Shown: positions 1 to 12,100 of the stretch, in pieces | Position numbering within the stretch: position 1 is the first letter of the stretch | Layout of the letters: every line of letters begins with the position of its first letter | NCBI GenBank assembly: GCA_963924565.1 | Contig: OZ004613.1 | Coordinates: forward strand, 12,896,001-12,960,000 | Direction of reading: 5' to 3' | Length of the DNA stretch: 64,000 bases | From: Ascidiella aspersa | Lineage: Eukaryota | The notes under the pieces: generated by a model | Told to the model about the DNA's origin: nothing | Seen by the model: only the letters and a program-made list of their open reading frames with translations | Databases searched by the model: none | Made by a program: the position numbers and the translations under genes

Positions 1-230
1 GTGTTAGAAAATTTAGAACTAACACAATTACTGTTACTTGATGTTAAAACCAGTATTGTAAATTCTGCACGGATCTGTAATGTATAGCTTAATAATAAAT
101 TGCAAAGCCAAAAAGGATGAATATCTTAATCAAGATGATGTAGATCTACTTGACCTTTTTGGCTTTGCAATTTATTGTCAAGTATTGTAAAAGTTCCCAA
201 AAAAATGTCACCCTCTAACGATTGGTGTAC

Positions 231-496
231 CTTTGCATTTTGAACCCAATTATATGCAAAGGAATAGGCTTTTCCGTAAACATGAGGATTAAATGTATTT
301 CGCCGACTGCTAAAAAATACAAAGTCGTTGTCGCTGCTAGAGAAGTAACTAGCCACTGTGAAAGAATGAGAAACATCTGTGACGTTGATCCAGGCGCAAG
401 TCGTGGCTGCTTTGAGACTAGGAACGTAACCTCGATACCAGACATAATCCAGGACCTGGCGTTTACGTGGAAACGTGAAGGTGATTGAAGGACAAA
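231..496 (-). CDS. Collagen-pentraxin exon 4 (N-half of pentraxin domain)
   Basis: Boundaries ttttgctgtacag|...AAG|GTACAC. Lies inside ORF 126..512. Pentraxin-like motifs FTFP, DYV, ATTCAW, ASY, SDND. Confidence 0.82.
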
Positions 497-1888
497 CTGT
501 ACAGCAAAACACAATTTTTTTATATGGTCATCTAGAGAAAAAGTTATGTAAAGCATTTAGCTGTTAAAAATATTGGTAATATTTCAACCATTGAAAAAAA
601 ACGAATGCAATACCTTTATGCTTATATAAATCCAAGACAATTTGTATTCGTCCATGTAGGCCTACTACTTTTAACTATAGTGTTCAAACACTTATGCTAC
701 TATGCTGCATTTTCAGACAAAATACAGTAAGGTATAGGTAAAACAGCTACCTGCACTGCGTTGATCTTGAAGCGATTTAAGCTGTGCTTTGAGAACCGCC
801 ACATCCTTTTCCAATCCGGAAACATTCAAAACGGTTACATCTACAATAGAGGTTAAAACATTATTTTATAATGAAAAAGCAACTATTTAAACCTAATGAG
901 TTACACACTAGGTGATAATTACCGTGAGATTAAAATACAAAACATCTGAATTACTTTTAACAAAGTAATACTTTTACAACATCTACAATTGGTTTTCCCT
1001 GGTATACGATATATTTAATTTCCATTAAACAACATATGTTGTTATATGAAATGTAATGTCTGTTAAAAATAATTTTCTCGCAGAAATAGGTTTAATTTGA
1101 ATTAGTAAAGGTTTTATTTTTATACAAATCAACCACAACGGGTTTGTAATATTTTCAATTTTGTATATTAAAAAAAAAATAACGGCTATAGCTAGTTTAG
1201 GCAGACTTTAAAATTGTTTTACCTGATTTATGCTTAAAAAACACAGGTTATATAATATTTATGGTATCAAACATGTTAATTCATATCCTTTTAAAGAACA
1301 GCTTTCAATCTGCTTAGAACGCGGTCAAATTACCTCCTGGTGGCCCGACTTTTCCCGGTGTTCCACGCTCACCTTTCTGTCCTCTCAAACCTTGAACACA
1401 AACGACAGTTAGGAAGTTTCTGTGTGTCTTGTCACTTGACTTCGAGAGTAACTTCCAAACGACTTATATTTTCTAGATAAGTCCCATGCTAACAATCTCA
1501 ACGTAAAGCATAGATCGTCAAAGCACTTTTAGAATTCCTTATTTACGTTTTTGAATGCCCACCTATTAGGCCCGTTGGTTATACCATAGTTTTACAACCA
1601 GTCTTGTATAGGCTACAACTATTTCTACCACACGAAAAAACAAAACAAATTGTCTCTATTATAATATGAAACCTTGTCAGCCCATTTAAATTGTAATGCT
1701 AATTTCAAGAACTGTATTGTCTTACCTCCTAGGTAGGCTTCTTGGCCTGGCAGATTCGACAGTGGGGCGCATATTTGAACTTGGCCGCCGCACGCTTGCT
1801 GCTGTTGTGGCGGAAAAACTGAAGGGTTTTGTTTGGCTTCGTGGCTTAGTGCCAGGAGTAAAGCAGTCAAGAGTACAATCTTACACAT
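231..1888 (-). CDS. Secreted collagen-neck-pentraxin protein (collectin-like layout), 3'-partial; exons 1888-1726, 1390-1334, 840-751, 496-231
   Basis: Four GT-AG exons with phases 1,1,1,0 join into MCKIVLLTALLLALSHEA(signal)KQNPSVFPPQQQQACGGQVQICAPLSNLPGQEAYLG|GLRGQKGERGTPGKVGPPG|DVTVLNVSGLEKDVAVLKAQLKSLQDQRSA|VCPSITFTFPRKRQVLDYVWYRGYVPSLKAATTCAWINVTDVSHSFTVASYFSSSDNDFVFF... The last part matches the pentraxin N-half pattern F.FP...DYV...P.L.A.T.C.W...T..SY...DN(E/D). Confidence 0.85.
751..840 (-). CDS. Collagen-pentraxin exon 3 (coiled-coil neck)
   Basis: Boundaries ctattgtag|...|GTAGCT, 90 nt. Heptad pattern VSGLEKDVAVLKAQLKSLQ. Confidence 0.85.
1334..1390 (-). CDS. Collagen-pentraxin exon 2 (Gly-X-Y repeat)
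   Basis: Boundaries tgtgttcaag|...|GTAATT, 57 nt. Encodes GLR GQK GER GTP GKV GPP G. Confidence 0.88.
1726..1888 (-). CDS. Collagen-pentraxin exon 1 (signal peptide, Cys pair)
   Basis: ATG at 1888, hydrophobic core IVLLTALLLAL, donor G|GTAAGA at 1725. Confidence 0.85.
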
Positions 1889-2933
1889 TGCTTCTATATT
1901 TTATTCAAATAAAATTTCTTAATAATTTTCCTGAACAAACCTCGAAATACTTGAGAAATAAATAATAGGATCAACAAATCAATACTTTGAGTTTCGCTTA
2001 TTTTAACCGCTCGTCAACTGTAAGTAGCAATAGGATGAAAGAAAATGTTAAAATTTTAACGCAGGATATATGATGACTACTAACAGCAATTCTAAACCAA
2101 AAAAGGTTTCATCGTTTACGGGGTGACTTGTTCGTTTTTGTATAAACTCCTTTAACCGCGCTTAAACTTGTACAGTAAATATAATCTGTTAGTTGCCACT
2201 GCGCATGATAAAGACCTAAGTGTGCAGCTGTTAAATCTTCAACAGCACAAGTCGAGCCCCATTCTGTCACGAGTTTTTATCTACACAAACAAAGATGTAA
2301 TGAACCCGGAAATGCATTTATGACGCATACTGTTGCCCTAAGGGAGGTTTGCGCCGTTCCTAAGCAAACAAGCCAACGTATTTCCTGCAGTTGCTGTCAA
2401 GCACGGAGACTTAAAACAGAGTTTAAATGTCATGACAGCCATATGCGGCGAGAAAATATTGATAAATTTCAACGCCTTTTCAATTTCATTTAAATCCTAC
2501 AGGTTTTCTATTTTTATTGGCCATAAATAGTTCAGCTTAAGAAAATTTACCTCACTGTTGGATTCAGGCCAAACACATCAGTGGCGGCTTAGGCCTAATT
2601 GCAATTGCCTTTATCCCAGTTTTGTATGGCAAAAGTCTTTTTGTTAAAAAGGGACATGGTTCTAAAACTTTTTGGCCAAAGAAAAAATACGTTACAATTT
2701 AGCCCAAAAAATTAGTTATAAAAGTCTTCTGTTTGCAGAGGCCTTTTCTCGGCGCTTTTAACATAGCAAAATGCTGAAATATTTTACTGACGTGATTTAA
2801 AGTACTATGGGATGTGCGCAAAGCTACATATTTTTTGTTCTGTCATAAAGTAGCCTATACTTTTAAAAACGTGTGTTCACGTTTTTTCTGTACTGCACAT
2901 TTTTTTCAGTAGCCCTATTTAAATACCGTTACC

Positions 2934-3291
2934 TAGTTTTGTAGTGACTTACGACAATCAGTTTCAAATGACTTAACTTAACTAAAGTCTTTCGGTCAAA
3001 ATGACTTGACTGAAGTATTTTGGACAAATAACTCATTTCCTTGCTATATGAGGGTTCTTGGCTATTATTTAGTTGAGTTATTGATCATAATCGGATTAGA
3101 TCAGTTTACCAATTTTAATAGCTTAACGTTTAATTTTTATGACAATAATTTGAATCGAAATCGACTTGCTCTAATTATGACTTGACTGAGACTTGATTGA
3201 TTATTTGTTTAAAATGACTTGAACTTAAGTTATTTTACAAAGGACTTGACTGGGACTTTTGTCATTTCAAAATGACTTGTTTACAATACTG
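2934..3291. mobile_element. hAT-type MITE with multiple GACTTGA subterminal repeats
   Basis: Ends TAGTTTTGTA...TTTACAATACTG. Flanks ccgttacc/ctgttacc are a 7/8 TSD match. Same family as 47620-48107 in the opposite orientation. Confidence 0.75.
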
Positions 3292-5382
3292 CTGTTACCT
3301 CATGTAGCCTTATGACAGCAAAATCAACACGCGGAAAACATTCGCTCGGCCGAAGCCAGACTTTAGCGGATAAATTGAAAAGGGCGGAGCGAAGCGAAAC
3401 ACAGGACGAACGAGGTGCGAGAGTTTGACGCGCACGAAGGAAAATGCCGGGAATCGCCATGGAACAAGTTTGAGACGGAAGAAATCGAAAAGAAGGAACG
3501 CGACGCCACGAATAACCGAAATCGCACTAAGACATAAAACATTGGGGAGCGACAGGACACTTCTAGACCAGACTCCTTTGTATGACACAGTGGGAAGGAA
3601 CGACGGCGAGACGACCACAAAAGGACGTTTTGTAACCGGTTTTTATTGCTTGCGTGTCATATTAATCAGCGAACACTCTTACGTGGAACCGTTTTGCTTT
3701 AGTTTCGTTGCGACCCTGGCATATAGCACGATAGACTAGCTACCAATATGAAGTTTTAAGGACTCAAATATTTCTGCAAAGCTTTACTGACTAAAATAAT
3801 ACAGAATCAAACAAGTGTCTAGTGAAATTTGTGACCCTGGAGATTAGACGACAACCATTTTAACCATTTAAAAAACAGTTACACAATTTATGAAATAAAA
3901 TATCAAAATTTGAATATAGTGTCACGTTTTCATGTGTTGTTATAATTATTTTTGATAAACCTAACTGTAAGTTGGCTATATTCTTGTCGATAATTTACAA
4001 ATTTGAACAAATAAACTTTGTGGTCAACCATCTTGTCAAGATTATTTGAATAATAATAAAACGAAAAGGAAGGTCCGAGGTGCGCCTGACTCTCCACACA
4101 ATATGACAAGTTATTTTTAACAATTAAAACTGAATTTCCAAAATGGGATCCGAATCCATCGTCACCGAATGCTTCGGTCTGGTTGATAAAGTACATAGCT
4201 CCGAGTTTTGGAGTCAAAGAGAGCGCATACAAATGAGAAAAGAATAGGTATCACAGTAAACGAAGAAAAAAAGCAACGATTTAATGTACTTGGGATGGTA
4301 ATGAGAGATTCGGTTTCAAAAACCAGAACAAAGGACATGTAACTACTTGTAAGACGTTAATTAGTACATAGAATAATTATGCTGACATTCCTATAGTTAT
4401 CTTTGGCTACAACTTAACCAAATTATGCATGCTCTACAACTAAATTATTTTAGGTAAATAAAAGACGGTTGTTTTAAACCACGCAATAAAGGATCTCGAT
4501 TTGTGCCGAAAACAGGTTTACTTTAATAAGGAACATTTTATCACAAGAGAAAATTAAAAACAATTTTAAGTTTTAGCGGTCGTTTTTTTGTAAAACGTTA
4601 AAAGACGCGCACACAACAAACTAAAAAACGGACGTCTGTGCATGGCGACCTCGAACAGAGTAGTAAGGAAATACGAAATCTTTCAACCCGACGAATAGTA
4701 TTTTTGCAATCAGCACAACAGACCGTATAGTATAGCAGCTTCCGACTAATTAGCCTGTTACCATGTTTGCAATATTGCGATTAAAAGTCAAGGCTTTAAA
4801 AGCGACACTGTATAGCAAAGTATAACAGCGAAAAGGTGCTTTAATGATTAGGGTTGACGCAAGGCGGATCAGATCGCACAAAAGCAACACGGCACCGCAT
4901 TGGATCAATTATTGTGTGCTTTAGGTAATTTATGTGTAATATCGTTGACAGCCAAACGCTAGCGTAACACGCAGTCGTGTCAAGGTAGTCGAAGTCAATG
5001 ACGCTGCAGGTAAGATACACACCAGGTGGAACATTTTCGACCTTGTAACAGGTATACCTTTTAAAACAATTATTATTAACATTCCTTTACCATGAATATC
5101 CAGCGCCTGAAAGAAAATTTCTCGATCGGTGTTAGGATAGAAAATGAGATGACATCGGGATTTGAACCCGGTTTTTACGAGTTGGTGACGGCGTCGTTGT
5201 ATTGCACTGCGGCGGGAAGACTAAGCTTATCGGTTCAAATCCAGTGGGTGGACTGTAGTATTTTTCGGATTGCGGATTGTGACTTTAAAACGTACGGAAC
5301 ATAAAACAACACCCCGAAATAACTGGACGTCGTAAATTTCGGTCAACTTAAAAAAGGGCTAAACTCGAAAAAACTATAAAAA

Positions 5383-5703
5383 CAGTGGTTCCCAACCTTT
5401 TTTGGCTTCCCTCACACCCTAGAGGAAAGATTATAAATAGTTCGCGGCACCCTTGCTTGTATTTGTGCTGAGTGGTTAACTGTGACGTTACAATAAACGA
5501 GATTGAAACAGCCCGTTACTGTGCAACAATGTTGAAAACACCATTTTCGTTTTTGACAATTTTATCGTACACAAAAACTGTATCAAGAAGCTAACCAATA
5601 GAGCAAAAATTGCAATCCTTAAGAATTTGAAATATCTCTCGGCACCCCTAAGCGTTAAAAATGGCAACCCAGAATGCCGTGGCACCCCGGTTGAGAACCA
5701 CTG
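5383..5703. mobile_element. hAT (Charlie-like) MITE
   Basis: TIRs CAGTGGTTCCCAACC / GGTTGAGAACCACTG and internal GGCACCC repeats. No recognisable TSD. Confidence 0.75.
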
Positions 5704-6021
5704 ATTTTAGGGAACAAAAACAAAAAAAAACAGAATCTTCGTAACGAAACATTACGGTGGAATTTAAGAAAGGGGACTTGCAGGACGTATAGGTAAAAAC
5801 TTAGAAGGGGAAAACAAAGAAACGAAGTAGCACACATGCGAAACAAAAAAAGGTCGCCGTAAAACAGGTGTGTGTTGGCAAGCGCGGCGTGCGCGGAAAA
5901 CGCCGGAAAATGTCCCACAAGCTCTAACGCGCTCGCTTGAAAATAAATAATATATCGCAATAAGAAACGACGCGAATATTATCGCGACAACATATAGCCT
6001 ACGACGGTCGCTTCGGCCAAA

Positions 6022-6142
6022 CTAACTTTCGGTCTCCTCGGCATCAGCGTTGTCCGAGCTCCGGTGCAGGATTATCGTTCTCTCTTCGTGCTTTTCCTCG
6101 TTGCTTGACGTCACAGAAATCCGGTTTGACCGCAAGATTTGT
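6022..6142 (-). CDS. GPCR exon 10 (probable terminal coding exon)
   Basis: ctgtttacccccag|(R)QILRSNRISVTSSNEEKHEERTIILHRSSDNADAEETES* with TAG at 6024-6022. A GTTAGT donor overlaps the end, so a further exon cannot be excluded. Confidence 0.65.
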
Positions 6143-9100
6143 CTGGGGGTAAACAGGAACGTATATGAAACGAAAGAACTTAATATATAATCGTGGCTTT
6201 AAAGTTTAAGCACGGCAAAATTTGTCCGGTGAAAATATTTATGTATAGCATGAAAACAAAAACTGTAAAAAGGTAAGGACAATTTGGTTGAATATAATGA
6301 GTCTGGTATTTAAGTCTAAGAACGGCCAAATTACTTTATGAAAAAACTCTATGGAAAAAAAAGAAAGCCTTTTTTTAATATTTCGCTTTTAAATGTATAT
6401 AACAGGCTGTCTTAAAAGTAGGAATTTTTAACGATTTTTTCCAACTGTGTGTTAAATTTGTGATTGTTAAATAGATTTGTTCGAATTGATCTGCACATTT
6501 TGCATTTTCGACTGCTACTCAGATTTAAAACATGACACATATTCGTCACCATCTATCACAAAGGCGACGAACTTTTTGACAAACCAATAGTATTTTAACG
6601 GAGAAGCGAACATACAGGTAACTTAAACGTATTTCCCTCATAAAAAGCTGTATCCAATGCCGCGATTTCTAAATTATTCATTTTAAATGGTGCCTCGGAA
6701 ACGGTATATACGTGCGCACAAATTCCAACGCACGGCTCTATGTCGCGCTTACGTTATTGCAAAGATGCCAGGCCTCTTTTTTAGCGAGAGCTATACTCCC
6801 CGGAGTGCGTCATAGCTATTGAAATTGCATTTTGCGGTGCCTGAATGATTGCATTTTGCAGTTGCACCAGGGCTTTTGTTCTGTGCGTGAAGCGATTATC
6901 TCGCTGGTGACTGAAATATAATTGACGAAATTACCAAAGGAACAGATGAATATTAGTTTTGGAAACACAATTGGCGTGAGTGGTAATTCTATGGTATATT
7001 GTAAAAGAACACTTTGCTGGTATATCAATGTTTTATCTCAATTCCAAGATGTACCCTTGCTTGTGATTTTTGAAAAAGGTTTTGAAATCATTGTGTTGCC
7101 AGTTTGTCCCTAGTGTAAATCGACACATTTGTTGCAATAAAAGGCAGCAGCAAACAACATGAAAAAATTCAGCAAACAACAGCTGCGACAGTGGAGCAGA
7201 AACTGAAAAAAAATGCACTGATTTATCGATCAAACGGAGTGACGAGCTAAAATCAATAACTCAAAAATGTTCACGACTTTACTGTTCCCTGCCAAGGCTT
7301 TTTGGAAACTTTTAGTTTTCAAGTTTTAAAACAATATTGATTGTATCGGGGCCCGTTGACCCATTGTGCATAATATACAAGATTGAAAATGACCACAGCA
7401 GAAGATAATCACATTTGTCCGCCCGATTAGGTCAATAAGATCGATTGTCCAACCAAGCAATGTCAGTCGGAACCACTTACCGGGCGAAAATTTATGTTTT
7501 ATTATAACATTACTAAGTAAGTGTTAAAAAGTAACAAGTTGGCCGGTGCGACCCCAGTGGTTTGATTAATTGTATTCGTCTTTAGTTTATTTCTTTTTCG
7601 CGACTTGTTTGTCACAGGAGTCTTTGATGCACCGTGCAAGCCTGATCGATTTTCCGCCAGCGGCGCGGCAGAGCAACGACATCTTATATGCAAACGAAGA
7701 TAGCGTTTGTGACGTAGTTGAAAAAGCGGTTGGCTTCTGGTTTGTCGGAACTAACAAGTGAATTGGGTTGAAAAGCTTAGTGAGTTAAAAAAAAAACGAA
7801 TTTTGACTAATAAAATATTTGGGTCGGGAATTTTAGGTGAGTGTAATGCAAACGCGCTTGATAAAGAGATGAATAAGTTAGGGGAATAGTAATACATGAT
7901 TTAATTTAATTTTTAGCAGTACGTAAATCGACCGTAACAACTTTGAAGCATCAGCATAATTTTTCACAAAATGTTATCAATTCATGAATTTTGTTGCCTT
8001 TTAGGTTTTTTTAGTTTATTGAAATAAACTACGCGTTCGATATTCTTTTAATTTAAAGTGAATTGGAAAAAGTTACCAAAAATTTTAAACCATTTCTTTG
8101 TGGTGTCTTAAATACGGTGAGGGTGTAAACTAAGGAAAACAACAAAATGGTTTAAAGGGCAACTTTAAGTTAAAAGAAAGTACACTAAACCACAAACTAC
8201 GTAAAAACGAGTATACGGATCTTGAATCCTTTAGAAAAGGAATTCTTTTTTAACTGGCGGACTTTTCCTCTTTCAAAGGGCCATGATTTTTCTATATATT
8301 TTAAAACATCTAAATCCACTACTCTAACGTTTAAATGTTACTGTACACAAGCTGTTAATGATTATCATTATTGAAACCTAGTAACACCAGTGTGTCCTGG
8401 TTATTACAATTAATTAATTATTATGTAACAACTCGAAAAGATATTGCCCCGAAACCTTAAAACTTAGTTAGTTATTAACTCATAAGGCGACTGCTGTCTC
8501 CAGTTAAAGAATCGCTGATTTAAACCCCAGTAAAGACTCCATGTATAATTCGTTACCATAAGTATTTTGCAATTATACAAAACGTCGTATAGGAGCCAGA
8601 ACAATCCAGGTATTAGAAAGCGATGTAGTGGACCAGAGTTATATTGGTTGACCGGGCAAGTAAAAATAGAAAAACTGCTGCATTATGGAAAACAAAATTA
8701 CGCTGCAGAAAACGACATTTACTGTTGTTTTATTACGGTTCACCTTTTTAGTAACACCCTAAGAAACTTGTAAACGAAAGTATTGACATAAAAAATCTCC
8801 GTTTGTAGTCGGATGCTTGCCTACTTGGAGCTTAATTCTGGAAAATATTACATTAAAATGACAGGTTGAAGTCTGCCAAACGTTGATTCGAAATTCGGCG
8901 AATCATAACTCGCTGAAATCGGCACCTTGTAAAGTCGTGCAACAGTGAATTCAAATAATGTGATTGATCCCATAATGGCTATTGGCTATACCATTGAAGC
9001 ACTTTTGACCCTACTCGTTCAAGTTTGCCGACAAAAAGAGAGTTCCGCTTGACGCGGAGATGATTACCCGTTGGGATTCACAAAAACTTTCATTAAATAT

Positions 9101-12100
9101 GTCCCATATGGTCAGGGTTTTTTAAAGGTATATTCATAGAAGCATTGAGCCATCATAAAGATACAAACAAACTGTTGCTACCAGGCGTACTACTAATCAA
9201 CAATATCCCCTGTGGTAATTTTAATTGTTCAAACGTTATAGTTACGAGATGAGCTATTTTTTATTCTTTTTATTATAAAACAACGGCTTCAAATTACTCT
9301 GAAATCTTGCTACATTGAAAATTTCGGAATATTTAACACAAAATGGATGTGTTGTAAAATAAAGTATCAGGAAAGGTTTAAACTGTTAAACACGCAGCTA
9401 TCAACTATAAACGTTACAAATCGCTCGATTGCAAAATGCCTAAACAATTTATTCTGTACGGATTTTTACCTTTGCGACAAATATGAACAGTACATTTGCT
9501 TCAATAGCGGAAATTTGCAAAAATAATCTATCCCATATAAACAGACACGAATTATATTGTTGCCGAGAAATTACGTTTAAGTTGTTAATGGGTTACAGCC
9601 TTAATGCATTTCTGCGAAATGCATAAATATTTTGTGTAAAATAAATGCTTAAAGCTACGTGAAAAGCACACTATAACCACCGTCAAACGATAAGGTGTCT
9701 GTCGCGAGCAATTATAAACAGCTACCGTTTATTTTTTGCTCGAATGATCTGTGTTGTAGTAAAAACTATACAGTAATACAAACGCTCAACCAATAGAAAA
9801 AATTAACATTAGCATTTTTGAATTAACCAAATATGACCAGCAATCTGGAAGTTATAAAATAACACAAAAGTAGCACAATTTGTGTTTTAATTGAAAAGAT
9901 GGACAGTTCAAAAGCAAGAAGTAATATTATGCTCCCTAAGGTATCACTTTATACCACTGTAACAGCCCCCAAACACTAACGAAAAATTTCCCCTTGGTAA
10001 CCATAAACAAAAAACGTTTTTAGGCTAAGCACGGCACACTTTCTCTTTTCCTCGAGAAAAAAAGAAAAAAGAAAAAAACGCGTCGACATCACCGCAGCCT
10101 CGGGCCCTGTTGAGTGTGACGCGCGCGCGCACTCGAGCAAATCGAATTAGGGCGGATCGCACGCGCATGTCACAATCCGACGCCCTCCGACGTCATAAAA
10201 GCCCGATCGGGGCCTTATGTAATTTGCGCATTAGACGGATATAGACCCGGAGGCCCGTAAGCGTAGCAAGCGATCCTCGACGGGGCTTAAGAGATTTGAT
10301 TGCGCTTCCTCGGCACAAGGCCGCGTTTTTGAGGTTTTGCTCAAAGCGCCAAGTAGCCCCGTTTTTTTTTCTGAGCCTAGCGTTCGCGGGTTTTCTTTCG
10401 CCCCTTGCTGATGGACGCAATCGCCCACTTAAAAGCAGTTCTACGTGTTTCCATTATTAAAATGCACGCTTTTATGTGAGGTGAGATTGATGGAACGAAG
10501 TGGGAAGAATTTAGCATATTGCTAACCTCACTACCCCTGAGGTACCTGAGCCATCAAAAAAAGTGGAAGAATTCAGCTGCCCAGACATACCTGTCCTTAG
10601 ATGACGACAGTAACTGCAACAATATATTCATTTAGAAAAATATAGGACAGCTCTGTGTGGTAATTTTTCAAAGTCCAAATTTTGTCGGCCCCGCCCTAGC
10701 AAAAAAATTAACCAACCCAATAAAATAAACGCATCCTGGCCATTATAATCATTCGGTGGTCCTTACAGCCGGCTGTATTCTCGAAGCCGCCTTGCAAACT
10801 TCAAACGGGAAGCAACTACTTTGGGTCGATATTCTATTTTAAGCCAATATGCAAAGCGAAAAAAAAACAAGACAAACTCTCGTTAAGATCGATGACCGGT
10901 TGTTGAAGACTAGTTTGGCCCCTTCTTGCAAGAATGCGCGCTTTTTTAATGTCGACCATGGCTATACTATTAACGAGTCTTCCATGTTAGTAGAAATCAC
11001 TTACTTTTCACAAAATGTCGCCCGAAAACGACGTAAAACAGAAAAAATCACCTCAATGCAACAACGGTTACCAGACCAAAATTTCCAAGTAAAGTGATTT
11101 GGAGTGAGGAATTTTTTAGGATTCCGGTCGGTTAAAATCGATCGGCCAAAAATGCTTGTTGGTTACTTGGTTATCGATAATAACAACGCTTTACACGTTT
11201 TTCTCAATTAAAGCTTTACATTTCGCGGACAATGATTCTTTTAATAAAAATAAATTCAGTCAGCGTTTCTGGCGTGAATGAAACGAATTCCTGTTTGGCC
11301 TCTTCCTTTTAAGATTGAAAATGCTTACGTCAGCTGGTTTAGAAAAAAGAGAATAGGGCTGTACTCGTACCGAACTCGAGTATGACTCTTGGCATTCTGG
11401 TGGATATCGGTCAGCTCATAGTATTCAATGTGTGTATGATAACGTTTAGCCGTGCAGGCGAATAGCGCAGCACAAAACATGCCACTCTTAGCATTATTAT
11501 GGTTGCCATATGCATTTCTATTCGCATCATCGGTGAAACCAATGAGAATGATGCTATACTTCCGGAAATTTGTAAAATACAATTCTAAATTAGGTAAGCT
11601 ATGTGTACGGATCTGTAATGTAGCTAAAATGAATGTCAGAGCCAAAAAGGTCGAATGAATCGACATTATCACACAAAATTAAATGATAATGATACAACGT
11701 ATCGAAACGTATTTTTTTAAGATGATGTCGATTAACTGTCCAGAGCTAATAGGCTTTGACATTCATTTTCAAACTACAAATTTCATTTTCAAGTTTAATT
11801 TTTGTTTTCGCGAATTTGAAGATTCTGCAGCTCCAAATTTTAGGAGTGTTTTGGGAAGTTTTTATTTGAGTCCAAAGATTAAAAAAAAGAAAAAAAGCTT
11901 ATAGTGTCAGTCCGCCATACCTGCGTCCATCCATTTGCAGGAGCTGAAATCCAGCGTTGGCGCAAAGCGGCGACGGCGGTGGCGGCTTGCGATGTCGCTG
12001 GTCGATGATTGGCTTCAACTCGATGGGCCTCTTTCGCGGCTTCTTTGCCTTCTTTCGCTCGCCAGGCCGCTGCGAGTTAATGGCGTTGCCGTGCCACGAC

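Noticed and set aside
231-496. C-type lectin or fibrinogen domain expected after the collagen and neck
   Set aside because: No WIGL/EPN/WND or fibrinogen motifs are present. The pattern fits a pentraxin.
1726-1818. Continuation of the GPCR tail by splicing 6027 to 1818 (phase-compatible)
   Set aside because: This segment has its own upstream ATG and signal peptide and leads into extracellular modules. The GPCR frame has a stop at 6022.
3310-4232. 100-aa ORFs on both strands
   Set aside because: They have no convincing splice pairs or motifs. Low-complexity purine/pyrimidine bias explains them, and the region is probably GPCR 3' UTR or intergenic.
7618-7757. Plus-strand exon-like segment (tttgtcacag| ... 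|gtgaat) antisense to the GPCR
   Set aside because: It is isolated, has no partner exons and encodes no recognisable peptide.
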